63,092 nt of DNA, filler included, from Octopus bimaculoides (GCF_001194135.2; 8 parts of 8 records of this genome joined end to end with filler, not necessarily neighbours in it); one strand, 5' to 3'; numbered from the whole stretch's first letter, positions 11,787-23,992 are shown. Numbers and translations: made by a program. The notes: generated by a model from the sequence alone, not told the origin.

Positions 11787-11989
11787 CCTTTACAAGCTAT
11801 GACCCCAATGAGCTTCATGCGATTCTTGGAAGTGTAGTCTATTCTTAGCTACAATAACGGCAACATGGATTTCTTCCATNNNNNNNNNNNNNNNNNNNNN
11901 NNNNNNNNNNNNNNNNNNNNNNNTTAATTAATTAANNNNNNNNNNNNNNNNNNNNNNNNNNNNNNNNNNNNNNNNNNNNATGTATATGT

Positions 11990-12189
11990 TTTGTCAGTGT
12001 TTGTCCCCCAGCACTGCTTGACAACCAACGATGGTGTGTTTACGTCCCCGTAACTTAGCGGTTCGTCAAAACGGAAGGATAGAATAGATACTACGCTTCA
12101 AGAAATAAGACCTAAGGTCGACTAGTACACTTCAAGACGTAGTCAGATCATGGCCGCAGACAAATGACTGAAACAAGTAAAAGATAAAG
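11990..12189 (+). mobile_element. SINE S1 3' half
   Basis: CTTGACAACC...GTGTTTACGTCCCCGTAACTTAGCGGTTCG...ATGGCCGCAGACAAATGACTGAAACAAGTAAAAGA. Confidence 0.85.
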
Positions 12190-12192
12190 CAT

Positions 12193-12258
<66 letters not shown>

Positions 12259-12362
12259 GATAGATAGATATATAGATATATATATACACACACACTCTCT
12301 CTCTCTCTCAAACACACACACACATATACACACACAGACAGAGAGACAAAGAGAGAGATCTA

Positions 12363-12578
12363 TACTTAATGTAAATACATCATTGAAAGGCTAAATTGCT
12401 GTGGAATTCATCCAGAGATAACATCTATTATGAACGTGCTGTGTTTAACAACGATGGATTCATATTAAGTATGCTGTATTTATACTGCGTTTTTAATCAC
12501 AGCACGTCCGGAGGAGATGTTATCTCTGGACAAATAGCGCAATTAATTTGCCTTTCAATGATGTATTTACATTAAGTA
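12363..12578. mobile_element. Fold-back MITE with long terminal inverted repeats and TA at both ends
   Basis: TACTTAATGTAAATACATCATTGAAAGGC at 12363 is the reverse complement of GCCTTTCAATGATGTATTTACATTAAGTA ending at 12578. Inner pairs: TCCAGAGATAACATCT/AGATGTTATCTCTGGA and ACGTGCTGTG/CACAGCACGT. Confidence 0.75.
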
Positions 12579-12854
12579 CGATACATAGAGAGGTGATTTA
12601 ATCAAATACTGCTTGTATTGCGTATATCGGATACATACATACATACATACATACAAACATATATAATATATACATACATAAAATATAGGTGTATATAGTT
12701 AAGAGAAATTCGGATAAAAACCTTGTAGTGTACTGTATTGGCTACCTGATGTCATCCTACAATAGAAAGGCACATGTTACTGCACATACTTCAGGAATTC
12801 CGAGCTGTCCGTAGAATTTATATAAATAGATCAAAGACAGAAAATGGAATTAAT

Positions 12855-13237
12855 GTATGCATGTATGTATGTATGTATTATATATGTATGTATGTATGTA
12901 TGTATGTTTGTGTGTGTATGTATGTATGTATGTATGCATGTATGTGTGTAGGTGTGTATGTATGTATGCATAAATATATGTATTATGTATGTATGCATGT
13001 ATGTATGTATGTATGTATGCATGTTTATGTGTGTATGTATGTATGTATTATGCATGTATGTATGCATGTATGTGTGTGTATGTATGTATGTATGCATGTA
13101 TGTATGCATGTATGTATGCATGTATGCGTGTATGTGTGTATGTATATATGTATGTATGTATTATGTATGCATGTATGCATGTATGTGTGTATGTATAAAT
13201 GTATGTATGTATGTATGTAAGTATTATGTATGTATGT
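12855..13237. repeat. Degenerate (TATG)n/(CATA)n array adjoining an S1 5' half
   Basis: Direct reading; sits where the internal microsatellite of S1 is expected. Confidence 0.9.
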
Positions 13238-13388
13238 ACGACGAACTTCTTTTAGTTTCCGTCGACCAAATCCACTCACAAAGCCTTGCTCCCGAGGTTA
13301 TAGTAGAAAACATGTGTCCTAGGTGTCACACAGTGGGACTGAACCCAGAACTATGTGATTGGGAACCACACAGCCACGCCTACACCTA
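13238..13388 (-). mobile_element. SINE S1 5' half (tRNA-type head plus CORE-like domain)
   Basis: Plus strand TTTCCGTCGACCAAATCCACTCACAAAGCCTTG...CACACAGCCACGCCTACACCTA. Confidence 0.8.
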
Positions 13389-13389
13389 G

Positions 13390-13545
13390 GTGATTACGTC
13401 CCCATAACTTAGCGGTTTGGCAAATGAGACCGGTAGATTAAGTACTGAACTTTAAAAATAACTCCTGAGGTTGATTTGTTCGATTCAAACTCTTTTAGAC
13501 GGTGCCCCAGCATGGCCGCAGTCAAATCACTGAAACAAATAAATG
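13390..13545 (+). mobile_element. SINE S1 3' half
   Basis: TTACGTCCCCATAACTTAGCGGTTTGGCAAA...GGTGCCCCAGCATGGCCGCAGTCAAATCACTGAAACAA. Confidence 0.8.
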
Positions 13546-13715
13546 ACGAAAGATAATAAACGCCAGAAAAAATAATTTGTGGTATTTCTTCTGGCACTCT
13601 TCATTCTGAGTTCAATCCCACCAATGTCAAACCTTGTCATTTATTGTCTCCTGGGTCCATAAAAATAAACTCACAGCCAAGACCTAAGGCGATGGCATCG
13701 ACAAGCGCCCTACCC

Positions 13716-14160
13716 TCAAGCAGTGCTATTTTCTGCAAGTGCTTCACCTTTATTGCAACCCCTATTTGTTCCATGTACTTCTCGAGATTTTTACTCACTG
13801 TTCCCAGGGCTCCGACAATTATTGCTACTACTACCACCTTTTTCAGCGACCACAGCTGCCTGTTATATCTATCGACTTTCCTTTCTTCCTTATCGCATAC
13901 CTTGTTGTCAGCTGGGCATGCTATATCTATGATCCAGCATCGTTTGCTTTCTTTCTCAATTAACACTATTTCTGGTTTCTTATTTTCTATCTCATGGTTG
14001 CACTGAAACATAAAAACCCATAGGATCTTTGCATTATCATTTTCGATGATGCCTTCGGTTTTATGTTTGTACCAATTTCTTGCCCTGTCAAGTCCATACT
14101 TGTTGCAAAGTGTCCAATGGACAAGCCTTGCTATATTGTCATGGCGTCTCTTATATTCTT
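13716..14160 (-). mobile_element. R4/Dong-like RLE fragment (same family as 57798-59349); 5' truncation abuts (TTA)n 14160-14280
   Basis: KPEIVLIEKESKRCWIIDIACPADNKVCDKEERKVDRY...IIVGALGTV...LQKIALL is nearly the same as ORF 58933-59304. Confidence 0.85.
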
Positions 14161-14380
14161 TATTATTATTATTATTATTATTATTATTTAATTTTAATCT
14201 TATATCTTATTATTATTATTATTATTTAATTTTAATCTTATATCTTTTATTATTATTGTTATTATTATTATTATTATTTANNNNNNNNNNNNNNNNNNNN
14301 NNNNNNNNNNNNNNNNNNNNNNNNTTAATTAATTAANNNNNNNNNNNNNNNNNNNNNNNNNNNNNNNNNNNNNNNNNNNN

Positions 14381-14445
<65 letters not shown>

Positions 14446-14673
14446 ATACATATCTATACATAAATATACAAATATATACACGTATATACACATGTATATA
14501 TGTGCATGTATTTGTATATGAATGTATAAATATATACGCATATGTATGTGTATATAATTTTATACGTATGATATCTACACACACACTCACACACATTTAT
14601 ATATACGCATAAATACGTATAACCATATATATATATATATATATACACACACACTCACACGTGTATATATATA

Positions 14674-14706
<33 letters not shown>

Positions 14707-15000
14707 TACAGAGAGAGAATAGAAGTAAAAGTATTTCAGTTATGTTTCTTTTTAAAACGTGTCATAAACAACATTGGTGCGTCAATACACTTGTAGACTA
14801 TATATACGTTGTGTAGAGATATGATCACACATTCAAGTATTCAGATGTGTGAGTATGTGCATGTGTGTATGTGTGTGTATGTGTGGTTTTGTTCGAAGAA
14901 TGTTACATTTATACGATGTATTTAATTTTAGCAACTAGCGGCATGGTGACATTCTCTGAGCCATACTGAATGTGTATGAAACACAAGACCGAGCTGTATC

Positions 15001-15401
15001 TTATATCCTTTACTTGTTTCCGTCATTTGCCTGCGGTCATGCTGGAGCACCGCCCTGGAGAATTTTTTGTCGAATGATTCGACCCCAGTGCTTACTTTTT
15101 TGTTAAGCCTAGTACTTGTTCTATCGTTCTCTTTTGTCGAACCGCTAGATTACAGGGATGTAAACACACCAACACCGGTTGTCAAGCGGTGGTGGTCGAA
15201 CAAACACAGACACAAATAATCCCCCCCACACACACACACACCTTTCAGTTTCCGTCTACCAAATCCACTCACAAGGCTTTGTTCCGGCCTAAGGCTATAG
15301 CAGAAGACACTTGCTCAAGGTACCACCCAGTAGTGGGGCTGAACCCGCGACTATGTGGCTGGGAAGTAAGCTTCTTTACCACACAGCCACGCCTGCGCCT
15401 A
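15001..15401 (-). mobile_element. Full-length SINE S1
   Basis: Head TAGGCGCAGGCGTGGCTGTGTGGTAA, CORE-like CCTTGAGCAAGTGTCTTC, internal (TG)n and 3' tail all present. Confidence 0.9.
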
Positions 15402-15845
15402 ACTGTAAACATAGATTTAAATCCTCTAAATGCAACATTATATTCTTAGAAGCAGGAAAACCTAAGATATTTGAAAATCAATTCCCCACGCAACCACCCA
15501 CCAATCAATGTAATTTCAAATCTCGGAAATTCTTCTGTCGCTTAACAAGGTATGAAATTCTCAGGATTCAGAATTATGCCACATCTAATACTGATGCCAA
15601 CAAACCAGTCATAAGCCAACGAATAACTCTTGTAGATTATCTGACCAAAGTATTTCATCACTGATACATTTGGTTTCGATTGGAATGTCTAATACGATTT
15701 CATCAATTCTGATCACCGGTCTCAATAAAGTCGTCTTTTCACCACAAACTTGATTTTGTTTTATTTACTTCAACAGCTCTGACGAAATTCTGCAATATTT
15801 TTTGCAGAATTTTGTCAAAATATCTTGTTCGAAAATATATATGTA

Positions 15846-16228
15846 TAGGCGCAAGAGTGGCTGTGTGGTAAGTAGCTTGCTTACCAACCACATGGTTCTG
15901 GGTTCAAAGTGTCTTCTGCTATAGCCTCGGGCCGACCAAAGCCTTGTGAGTGGATTTGGCAGACGGAAACTGAAAGAAGCCTGTCGTATATATGTATGTG
16001 TGTGTGTTTGTGTGTCTGTGTTTGTCCACCCAACATCGCTTGACAACCGATGGTGGTGTGTTTACGTCCCCGTAACTTAGCGGTTCGGCAAAAGAGACCG
16101 ATAGAATAAGTACTAGGCTTACAAAGAATAAGTCCTGGGGGGGGGGTCGATTTGCTCGACTAAAGGCGTAGCTCCAGCATGACCGCACTCAAATGACTGA
16201 AACAAGTAAAAGAGAGAGTAAAAGAGTA
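15846..16228 (+). mobile_element. Near full-length SINE S1
   Basis: TAGGCGCAAGAGTGGCTGTGTGGTAAG...GGAAACTGAAAGAAGCCTGTCG(TA/TG)n...GACTGAAACAAGTAAAAGAG. Confidence 0.9.
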
Positions 16229-16938
16229 TGTGTTCTTCATTCCTCTCTGAACTCTAGATCAGCAATAACGCAAAACCGTTTATGCTACATGGGTGTCAAC
16301 TATCTCGTTATCGAATATTATTAACTAAACTCGACTGTTTACAGAGCATTCAATAGTAACCTAGCCTTATCACTAACCACCAGGGAGCATTGTGACATTC
16401 TGACGTATTCGCTCTGGATTGAAGTCCTGTGTTCTCTATCACTAAAATATAGGAACATTTGAAAGGCTGGGTGATCATCACCGACTTTCATCAGTTACCT
16501 TTGCTCACTGCAATGTCTCGGACAGACATTGTTTACAAAACAACGAAACTCTCGATCAGCAATAACGCAAAACAAAAGAAAGACATTCAACCTGTTGTGA
16601 CTCAGTGTATCATCTTATAATGCAGAAGATACCAGGCGTGGCGGGAGGGACATTAAACACTCGCCAGCAATGTGTAATTTCAATAAACTAACATGAGACT
16701 TCATCTCAATATCAGTAAGCAATTATTCTTCACTTATCACTTTGCAGGAAACTGTCCATGAGGAAACTCACCGTAACCGACTTATTAAAGATGGCGTATG
16801 ATGGACAAAGAGCGTTAAGTGATTTACCTTATACACCGGAAGTAATGAGGAACAAATTGATAATCAGTTTGGAGACTTTATGACCCAGTGGAAAAGATGA
16901 GGAAAAAAGGGCAAGAGAGAGAGTGAGAGGGTGAAAGA

Positions 16939-16977
<39 letters not shown>

Positions 16978-17077
16978 NNNNNNNNNNNNNNNNNNNNNNN
17001 NNNNNNNNNNNNNNNNNNNNNTTAATTAATTAANNNNNNNNNNNNNNNNNNNNNNNNNNNNNNNNNNNNNNNNNNNN

Positions 17078-17303
17078 TATATATATATATATGCTTGTGT
17101 GTGTGTTTTTCCCCCCAACATCGCTTGACAACCGATGGTGGTGTGTTTACGTTCCCGTAACTTAGCAGTTCGGCAAAAGAGTACGATAGACTAAGTACTA
17201 GGCTTACAAAGAATAAGTCCTGGGGTCGATTTGCTCGACTAAAGGCGGTGCTCCAGCATGGCCGCAGTCAAATGACTGAAACAAGTAAAAGAGTAAAGAG
17301 AGT
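17078..17303 (+). mobile_element. SINE S1 3' half starting at an assembly gap
   Basis: Near-identical to the 3' half of 43191-43608. Confidence 0.9.
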
Positions 17304-18556
17304 AATAGAAAGGATTTTTAAGTGCATAAGGTTTTTTTTTCCCCTCATCAAAACGATCCTGAAAATCCTTTTATGGGTATAATTTTGTCTTTTTATTTAT
17401 CCCTAGCTTTAATGTAGCACTATCGATTGCTTAATGTTTTGTGTGATTAGAGCTGTCCATCAAATAGGCGCTTAATCCTAGTGACTTCATAGGATGTACG
17501 AATACATGTTGGAACTTAGATTTCTGTTGAAGAGGTATTAGTGAAGAATGTGAAAAATTGGATGAATATTTCCGAAAATAGCTCAATGTGGATGCGAAAC
17601 ATCGAGTGAAATTACAGATATCTTTTCATTTATTTTATAGTTTTGGATATTTAACAGCTGCTCAAGTAATTCCAAATTCATTTTAAATATGCACATTTGA
17701 TTATGATAAATGAGAGACATGTTAAATCATTTGACGGTGTACAACACATTAAACCTAAACAGGACTCTCGTAATATTACACCGTATATAGTTGTGCTAAT
17801 CTAAATTATGTGTGATCTGATATAATAACAGTGCTTAGAGACTGAAAAAGTATGATATTATGTAAGAGAATACAACAGATATATAAAAAAGATAACATCG
17901 TTGTATTGAGTAATATATCGGATGTTATCGGTTGGTTTTACAAACCTAAGGAGATTGTATGGTATCAAATAGTTTGGATCTGATCAGTTAAGAGCTTGTA
18001 GCTAACATTACAGCCGTCTGATATCCTTTGACAATAATGTTTAACAAAGGATACTAAATGTAGGATATGAAAATATTTCATCAGATTACATTCACGTTAT
18101 CCCAGGTGAAGAATTTGGTAACTTTATGAAACATAAGCTTTACCTGATGAAGAAATTTGCTAACTTAATTACTGAACCGAAAAACATGACTGTTTGCATT
18201 TAAACTCACGCTTAGCCGAAAAGATGAGACCCTATGTGTGTGTATGTGCATGCGTATGTGTGTATTGTAACAAAGTCACAATTAATCTAATCTAGAATCT
18301 GTCAGGAAGCGGGTTAAGAGGATAATCATTTCTATCTTGTCACTTAGCCACTCTATCATGTTCATGGCATGGACATCTCTCGTTAATATAGTTATACCTA
18401 GATTATATTGACAGATACAGCTCAACGCTTTAAGAGGCTTTAAGGATTTTACAATTAACGAAGTTCTTTTTTAGAATATTAAGGGAATTTAGCCCATTTA
18501 TGGCCAGTGTCTCATTTTGGGGACGGGGATCTTAAAGTTAATAGATAAAGACTGCT

Positions 18557-18770
18557 GACCAGCTGGCAGAATCGTTAGCACCCCAGGGCCAAATGCCTAG
18601 TGGTATTTCGTCCGTCTTTACGTTCTGAGTTCAAATTCTGCCGAGGTCGACTTTACCTTTCATCCTTTCGGGGTCTATAAAATGAGTACCAATTGAGCAC
18701 TGAGATCGATGTTGTCGACTTACCCCTCCAACTAAATTTCTAACCTTGTGCCAAAATTTGAAACCAATAT
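18557..18770 (+). mobile_element. SINE S2, tail variant ending CCTTGTGCCAAAATTTGAAACCAAT
   Basis: A-box-like CTGGCAGAATCG, B-box-like GAGTTCAAATTC, core CCTTTCATCCTTTCGGGGTC.ATAAAATGAGTACC. Confidence 0.9.
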
Positions 18771-19958
18771 ATTATAAAAAAACCTTGATTCTTTTGTTAT
18801 ATACTTCATATTTACAGTATTTACAGCGCCGTTTCAAATAAGCAATATAACAGAAGGAATATAATCAAAGAGCCTTTAGGAGCTAAGAAAATGTAAAATT
18901 TACAAATAATATTCTTAGCTGAATTATGGCCTCCAATGGATTAAGGCCTTCTGTGGGCTCTCAGAGGACGAGAGAGATTTGTTGTCGGCACCTGGTTCAG
19001 ACCGTAGTATCTAATCGCCATTTTATTTCTCTCATTTCCTATACAAGCCGCGTATCTTATTCAGTTTGTCATGATGTATGATATATATCTTTACTCCATC
19101 TTTAATCGTCACTCACAATAAAAAAAAAACAAACAGCTTGTAGGTGACTGGAATTATCCTTTTAGACATGTCCCCTCCACTCTTCATACACAACACAAAT
19201 CAAATGCCCCAGTTAGTTGTGATGAAGCTGTTCAGATAAAAGTCGAGTGCTTACAACGTCTGGCGAAAGTCACCTACCATTCAAAACTAATCCCGAACAC
19301 ATAATTAATCCCTCAGAAAACAAGTAACGTTGAATTAAATGTCTGAGAAACTAATGGGGGAAGACACTTAAGAATCTTAAGGTCGTGAATTATCTTTTTA
19401 TCGTCACGTTTGGGATCTTCTGTTTGCGCGTGTTTCATCACCACCATCACCACCACAACCACTATTTTCATCATCATCACCATCATCATCGTCACCACCT
19501 TCACTACCATCAGCACCACAACAACCGCCACCACCACCATCATCATTATCATCATCACCATCGCCATGAGTGTTGTGATCTCTCTAAAGACAATAACTTA
19601 TTCAACAGTATCCTTTCTTAGTTCCTATCTTAAAACAAAACGTATTCTCATATTTCCAAACTCTCGTATTTTTTCCCTTGCATGCATTGTATAATGGACT
19701 TCCTCATTCCATGTGAACGTTCTACATTCCTGAATTCTCCGTCTAAATCTGATATATATAGAATGAATATTCTTAGAGAACATTTCAGACAAAATTGGAA
19801 GACAATGTTATCTGTTCGCGTTGAATTCTAACAAAGAAAACCATTATAATGAACAACTGTTTGACATGCTGATATTAAACAATGCAAATCTCTTTAAAAT
19901 GTCTGAAATTCCAACAAGACAAAGTTGGCAATATGTTAGAGCTTTACATGTGCAAAGT

Positions 19959-20338
19959 GGAGGCGCAATGGCCCAGTGGTTAGGGCAGCGAACTCGCGGT
20001 CATAGGATCACGGTTTCGATTCCCAGACCAGGCGTTATGAGTGTTTATTGAGCGAAAACACCTAAAAGCTCCACGAGGCTCCGGCAGGGGATGGTGGCGA
20101 ACCCTGCTGTATTCTTTCACCACAACTTTCCCTCACTCTTATTTCCTGTTTCTGTTGTGCCTGTAATTCAAAGGGTCAGCCTTGTCACACTGTGTCACGC
20201 TGAATATCCCCGCGAACTACGTTAAGGGTACACGTGTCTGTGGAGTGCTCAGTCACTTGCACGTTAATTTCACGAGCAGGCTGTTCCGTTGATCGGATCA
20301 ACTGGAACCCTCGACGTCGTAAGCGACGGAGTGCCAAC
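19959..20338 (+). mobile_element. Full-length tRNA-headed SINE family S3 followed by (AC)n
   Basis: A box TGGCCCAGTGG, B box GGTTTCGATTCCC. Near-identical copy at 44345-44683 and a 3' fragment at 55512-55605. Confidence 0.9.
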
Positions 20339-20361
20339 ACACACACACACACACACACACA

Positions 20362-20423
<62 letters not shown>

Positions 20424-20550
20424 TGCAAACAATTGGAATAAGCAGGAAGAGCATAGTGACGTCGAACTAAATTTATTACGGTGTTTAGTCCGGCCCCTCT
20501 CGTTCAAATGATCAGATGTGTTTTTGGTTATCTTTGTTTTCCAAATTCGC

Positions 20551-20717
20551 AGGCGCATGCGTAGCGATGTGGTAAAAAAAAAAAATTGTTTTCCAGCCAC
20601 ATGGTTCCGGATTCAGTTCCACTGCGTGGCCCCTTGACAGATGCTTTTTACTACAGCCTCGGGCAGACCTAAGCCTGTGAGTGAATTTGTTTGACGGAAA
20701 CTGAAAGAAGCCTGTCG
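20551..20717 (+). mobile_element. SINE S1 5' half, followed by an S2 tail fragment (20722-20803)
   Basis: AGGCGCATGCGTAGCGATGTGGTAA...GACGGAAACTGAAAGAAGCCTGTCG, then TCGACTTACCCTCTCC...GGCCTTGTGCCAAACTTTGAA. Confidence 0.75.
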
Positions 20718-21690
20718 AGAAAATAAAGGACCAGTTGAGTCGATGGAATCGACTTACCCTCTCCTCCGAAATTGCTGGCCTTGTGCCAAACTTTGAACCC
20801 AATATACAGCGACTGATCGTCAATAATTGTTCTGGCTTTACAACTATTCCTATGAAATGTAGAAATGTTTAGAGGTCTTAGCTCTAAATGGAACATAAGT
20901 GGGAAAATAGAACACGAGTGAATGGAAAAGCAACTCGATACCACAAGAAGTAAATCCAAAGCGGCCTACCACGTTGGTGGCTTATGTCACTAGACTAACA
21001 GTCCCGCTAAAGTGCTTCGGGTGTGATTTGGGCCAGACGTCTACGTGGATAGGAATAGAGATGTTGTTATGGACAGATTGGTCAATCACATTCACAAAAA
21101 GACTTCTCGGAATAGGCTATTTCTGAGACACTGGACAGTAGGGACAAATGCACACATCGCCATTAATACCTAACTTCCATATTTTGTCCCAGTTTACTTC
21201 TAACTACCACTCTGGTTAGAGTGTATATACTTTCACCTGTTCTGAAAAAGATGAGATTTAGTGATTAAAATGCCCATCTTCTACTAACACTTTTTTGTGA
21301 AGTATTCGATACGTGCTGAGATTAGGGCACTTCCATACATCTTTGATCAGTAAGCATGTCAAGAGCTTTTACCTACAGTTTGTTTCTTTGACAGAGTCTC
21401 AGTCGTCGGTCGACTGAAATCGAAGTTGAGATCCTGGCATCTAGAAAGTTGTCAGAAGATCGCAGTCCTCTACCAGTTAGTCAATACGAACTTTTCAAAG
21501 TCAACCCTTGCATTCTATTCAAGCTCGGTAGCAGGCAAGAGTAATGATATTCTCAGCATGTCTATAGACTCGGCGATATATGAATTAAGCAGTCTCTTCC
21601 GGAATTTTAAGCAATTTGCAAAAAAAAACCCAAAAAAAAAACCTTGTATGATACTGCTCCAGGGAACATTGCCGGTCGGTATAAATTGTA

Positions 21691-22034
21691 CAAGGGTAAA
21701 GGGTAAAGACCTCTTTCAGTCATGAATTACCATCGGATTGCACCTAAAATGTTACCCTCCGAGGCACAAGTCGGGGCAAAGTTGTTTTGTGGAAGACCAG
21801 CGGTCGCCCGTGCATGCCAGCCCCCTGTCTACTCAACTGAAATTATCCAAGGGAGAGGCAAAAGCCGATACGGATTGGCACCAGTGACGTTGCAATTCAT
21901 TTCTACAGCTGAGTGAACTGGAGAAACGTGAAATAAAGTGTCTTTCTCAAGATCACAACACACAGCCCAGTTCGGGAATCGAACTCACTACCTCATGATT
22001 GTGAACCCGACGCTCTGACCACTGAGCCATGCAC
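21691..22034 (-). mobile_element. tRNA-headed SINE family S4 with (TTTACCC)n 3' tail
   Basis: Minus strand GTGCATGGCTCAGTGGTCAGAGCG...GAGTTCGATTCCCG (A/B boxes), then CTTGAGAAAGACACTTTATTTCACG...CACTCAGCTGTAGAAATGA; ends CTTTACCCTTTACCCTTG. Confidence 0.8.
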
Positions 22035-22215
22035 TACAACTGAAATAAGGTTAGTAGTAACATATCCGAGCGATAAAACCTTAGATCTCTTAGTTTCTGA
22101 GCAGTAAACATTGGAAAGTCAATATAATTATTCTGTATAAGAATTTTGATGGTTTCATCAGATGATACCATATGGTATTCAAATAGAATAAATTTTGATG
22201 TCTTCATATTTTCTT

Positions 22216-22643
22216 TTCTATTCTAGGCACAAGGCCTTAAATTTTGGCGGACTGGGGCCAGTCTATTAGATCTACCCAGTATGCAACTCGTACATGATTT
22301 ATTGACCCCGAAAGGATGAAAGGTAAAGTCGACCTCGGCGGTATTTGAACTCAGAACGTTAAGACAGACAAAATACTGCTAAGCATTTCGCCCGGCGTGC
22401 TAACGTTTCTTATTTCTTCACTGCCCACAAGGGGCTAAACATAGAGGGGACAAACAAGGACAGACAAAGGAATTAAGTCGATTACATCGACCCCAGTGCG
22501 TAACTGGTACTTACTTTATCGACCCCGAAAGGATGAAAGGCAAAGTCGACGTCGGTGGAATTTGAACTCAGAACGTAAAGACAGACGAAATACCGCTAAG
22601 CATTTCGCCCTGCGTGCTAACGTTTCTGCCAGCTCGCCGCCTT
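22216..22643 (-). mobile_element. Two abutting S2 SINEs with different tails (22216-22410 and 22411-22643)
   Basis: Both have the S2 core and B box. Tails are GGCCTTGTGCCTAGAATAG versus GCCCCTTGTGGGCAGTGAAGAAATA. Confidence 0.88.
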
Positions 22644-23033
22644 TGATATCTTCATATTTCGTTATTTTCATAGTTTACTGAGGTTTCTATGTCCAACAGC
22701 AGTTCTGACATGTAGAAAGAAGTCGGCTGTCAACCAAGTCTGTTAGGAAAAATATCCTATCGCCTTCCTTTGGATGGGACAGAGAGCTTACCTCTGTCTA
22801 GAAGTTATAGCAAAGGGAAGGATAGGGGTGTCTGGCATATAATATTGAAAGAACCGAAGAACGACCTTTTCTTCTGAGATGAAGCCCTCGACAACTGCCC
22901 CCAAAATAACTTGGTGTGGAGAGGATGGAGAGAAAGGGGAAGATGCGCTGTCTTCCAGCAAACTGGATTCATGTGGCGAGTATACACTCTACGTGCCCTG
23001 CGGAGCGTAATTTGACGGAGAGGTTTATTATCC

Positions 23034-23104
<71 letters not shown>

Positions 23105-23224
23105 ATAGTAGTAGTCTGTAAATTTATAAAATTTAAAGATAAAGACGAAACATTAAGATAAGTTGTTTAGCATCTGGAATTCATTTTAATAATAAAAAAA
23201 TATATATAGTTATTTTTTTTTATA

Positions 23225-23286
<62 letters not shown>

Positions 23287-23290
23287 TAAA

Positions 23291-23330
<40 letters not shown>
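23034..23330. repeat. (AGT)n (23034-23115) and (AAT)n (23225-23330) microsatellites
   Basis: Direct reading. Confidence 0.95.
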
Positions 23331-23720
23331 TGATTTTAGAAAAGATGCAATAAAAAACAAAAATTAATGTAATGAACGACTTCTGATGGTTTGAGGTGAA
23401 CCTATGACGTCAAACCTCATTTGGAAAATTGCCAAATTGCTTGCCAAAACGTTAGCTCTGATAATGATTGAAAATGCAAAGAGATGTATTGTTGCAATGA
23501 CCTTGGCACTTACATCATGCTAATTACTTGGTACAGACAAAGGTTTCTTGTTGTTTCCTTTCTCTTTCTGTTCTATGAATTAATTTAAGCGTAAAACTTT
23601 TTGCTCGCTAAATTTGCAGATGAATTATGCCGTCGAGAAAGTATACATTGCGATCGCGAAACATCGTCCCAGTACAAGATGCTAAGATATCTGACATCAT
23701 TGAACTAGGTGTTCTATTTA

Positions 23721-23787
<67 letters not shown>

Positions 23788-23910
23788 GCTCTTTCTCTCT
23801 CTCTCGCTCTCGCTCTTTCTCTCTCTCTCTTTCTCGTGCGCGCGCTCTCTTATTTCATCGGTCTTATAAAAGAACAAGCATTAACTATAATTATTAAAAA
23901 AGCATAAACA

Positions 23911-23992
23911 GAGGACGGTCAACTGGCAGAATCGTTAGCAAGTCGGGCGAAATGATTATCGGTATTTCGTCTGCCGTTACGTTCTGTGTTCA
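23911..23992 (+). mobile_element. S2 SINE head truncated by a gap
   Basis: AACTGGCAGAATCGTTAGCAAGTCGGGCGAAATG...ACGTTCTGTGTTCA. Confidence 0.8.

Noticed and set aside
16748-16885. Plus-strand TTTGCAG acceptor followed by KLSMRKLTVTDLLKMAYDGQRALSDLPYTPE
   Set aside because: An isolated short frame with no partner exons or recognisable domain.
22792-22985. Open minus frame ending at AG|GTAAGC (...VILGAVVEGFISEEKVVLRFFQYYMPD...)
   Set aside because: Weak acceptor and no recognisable homology; an open frame of this length can occur by chance.
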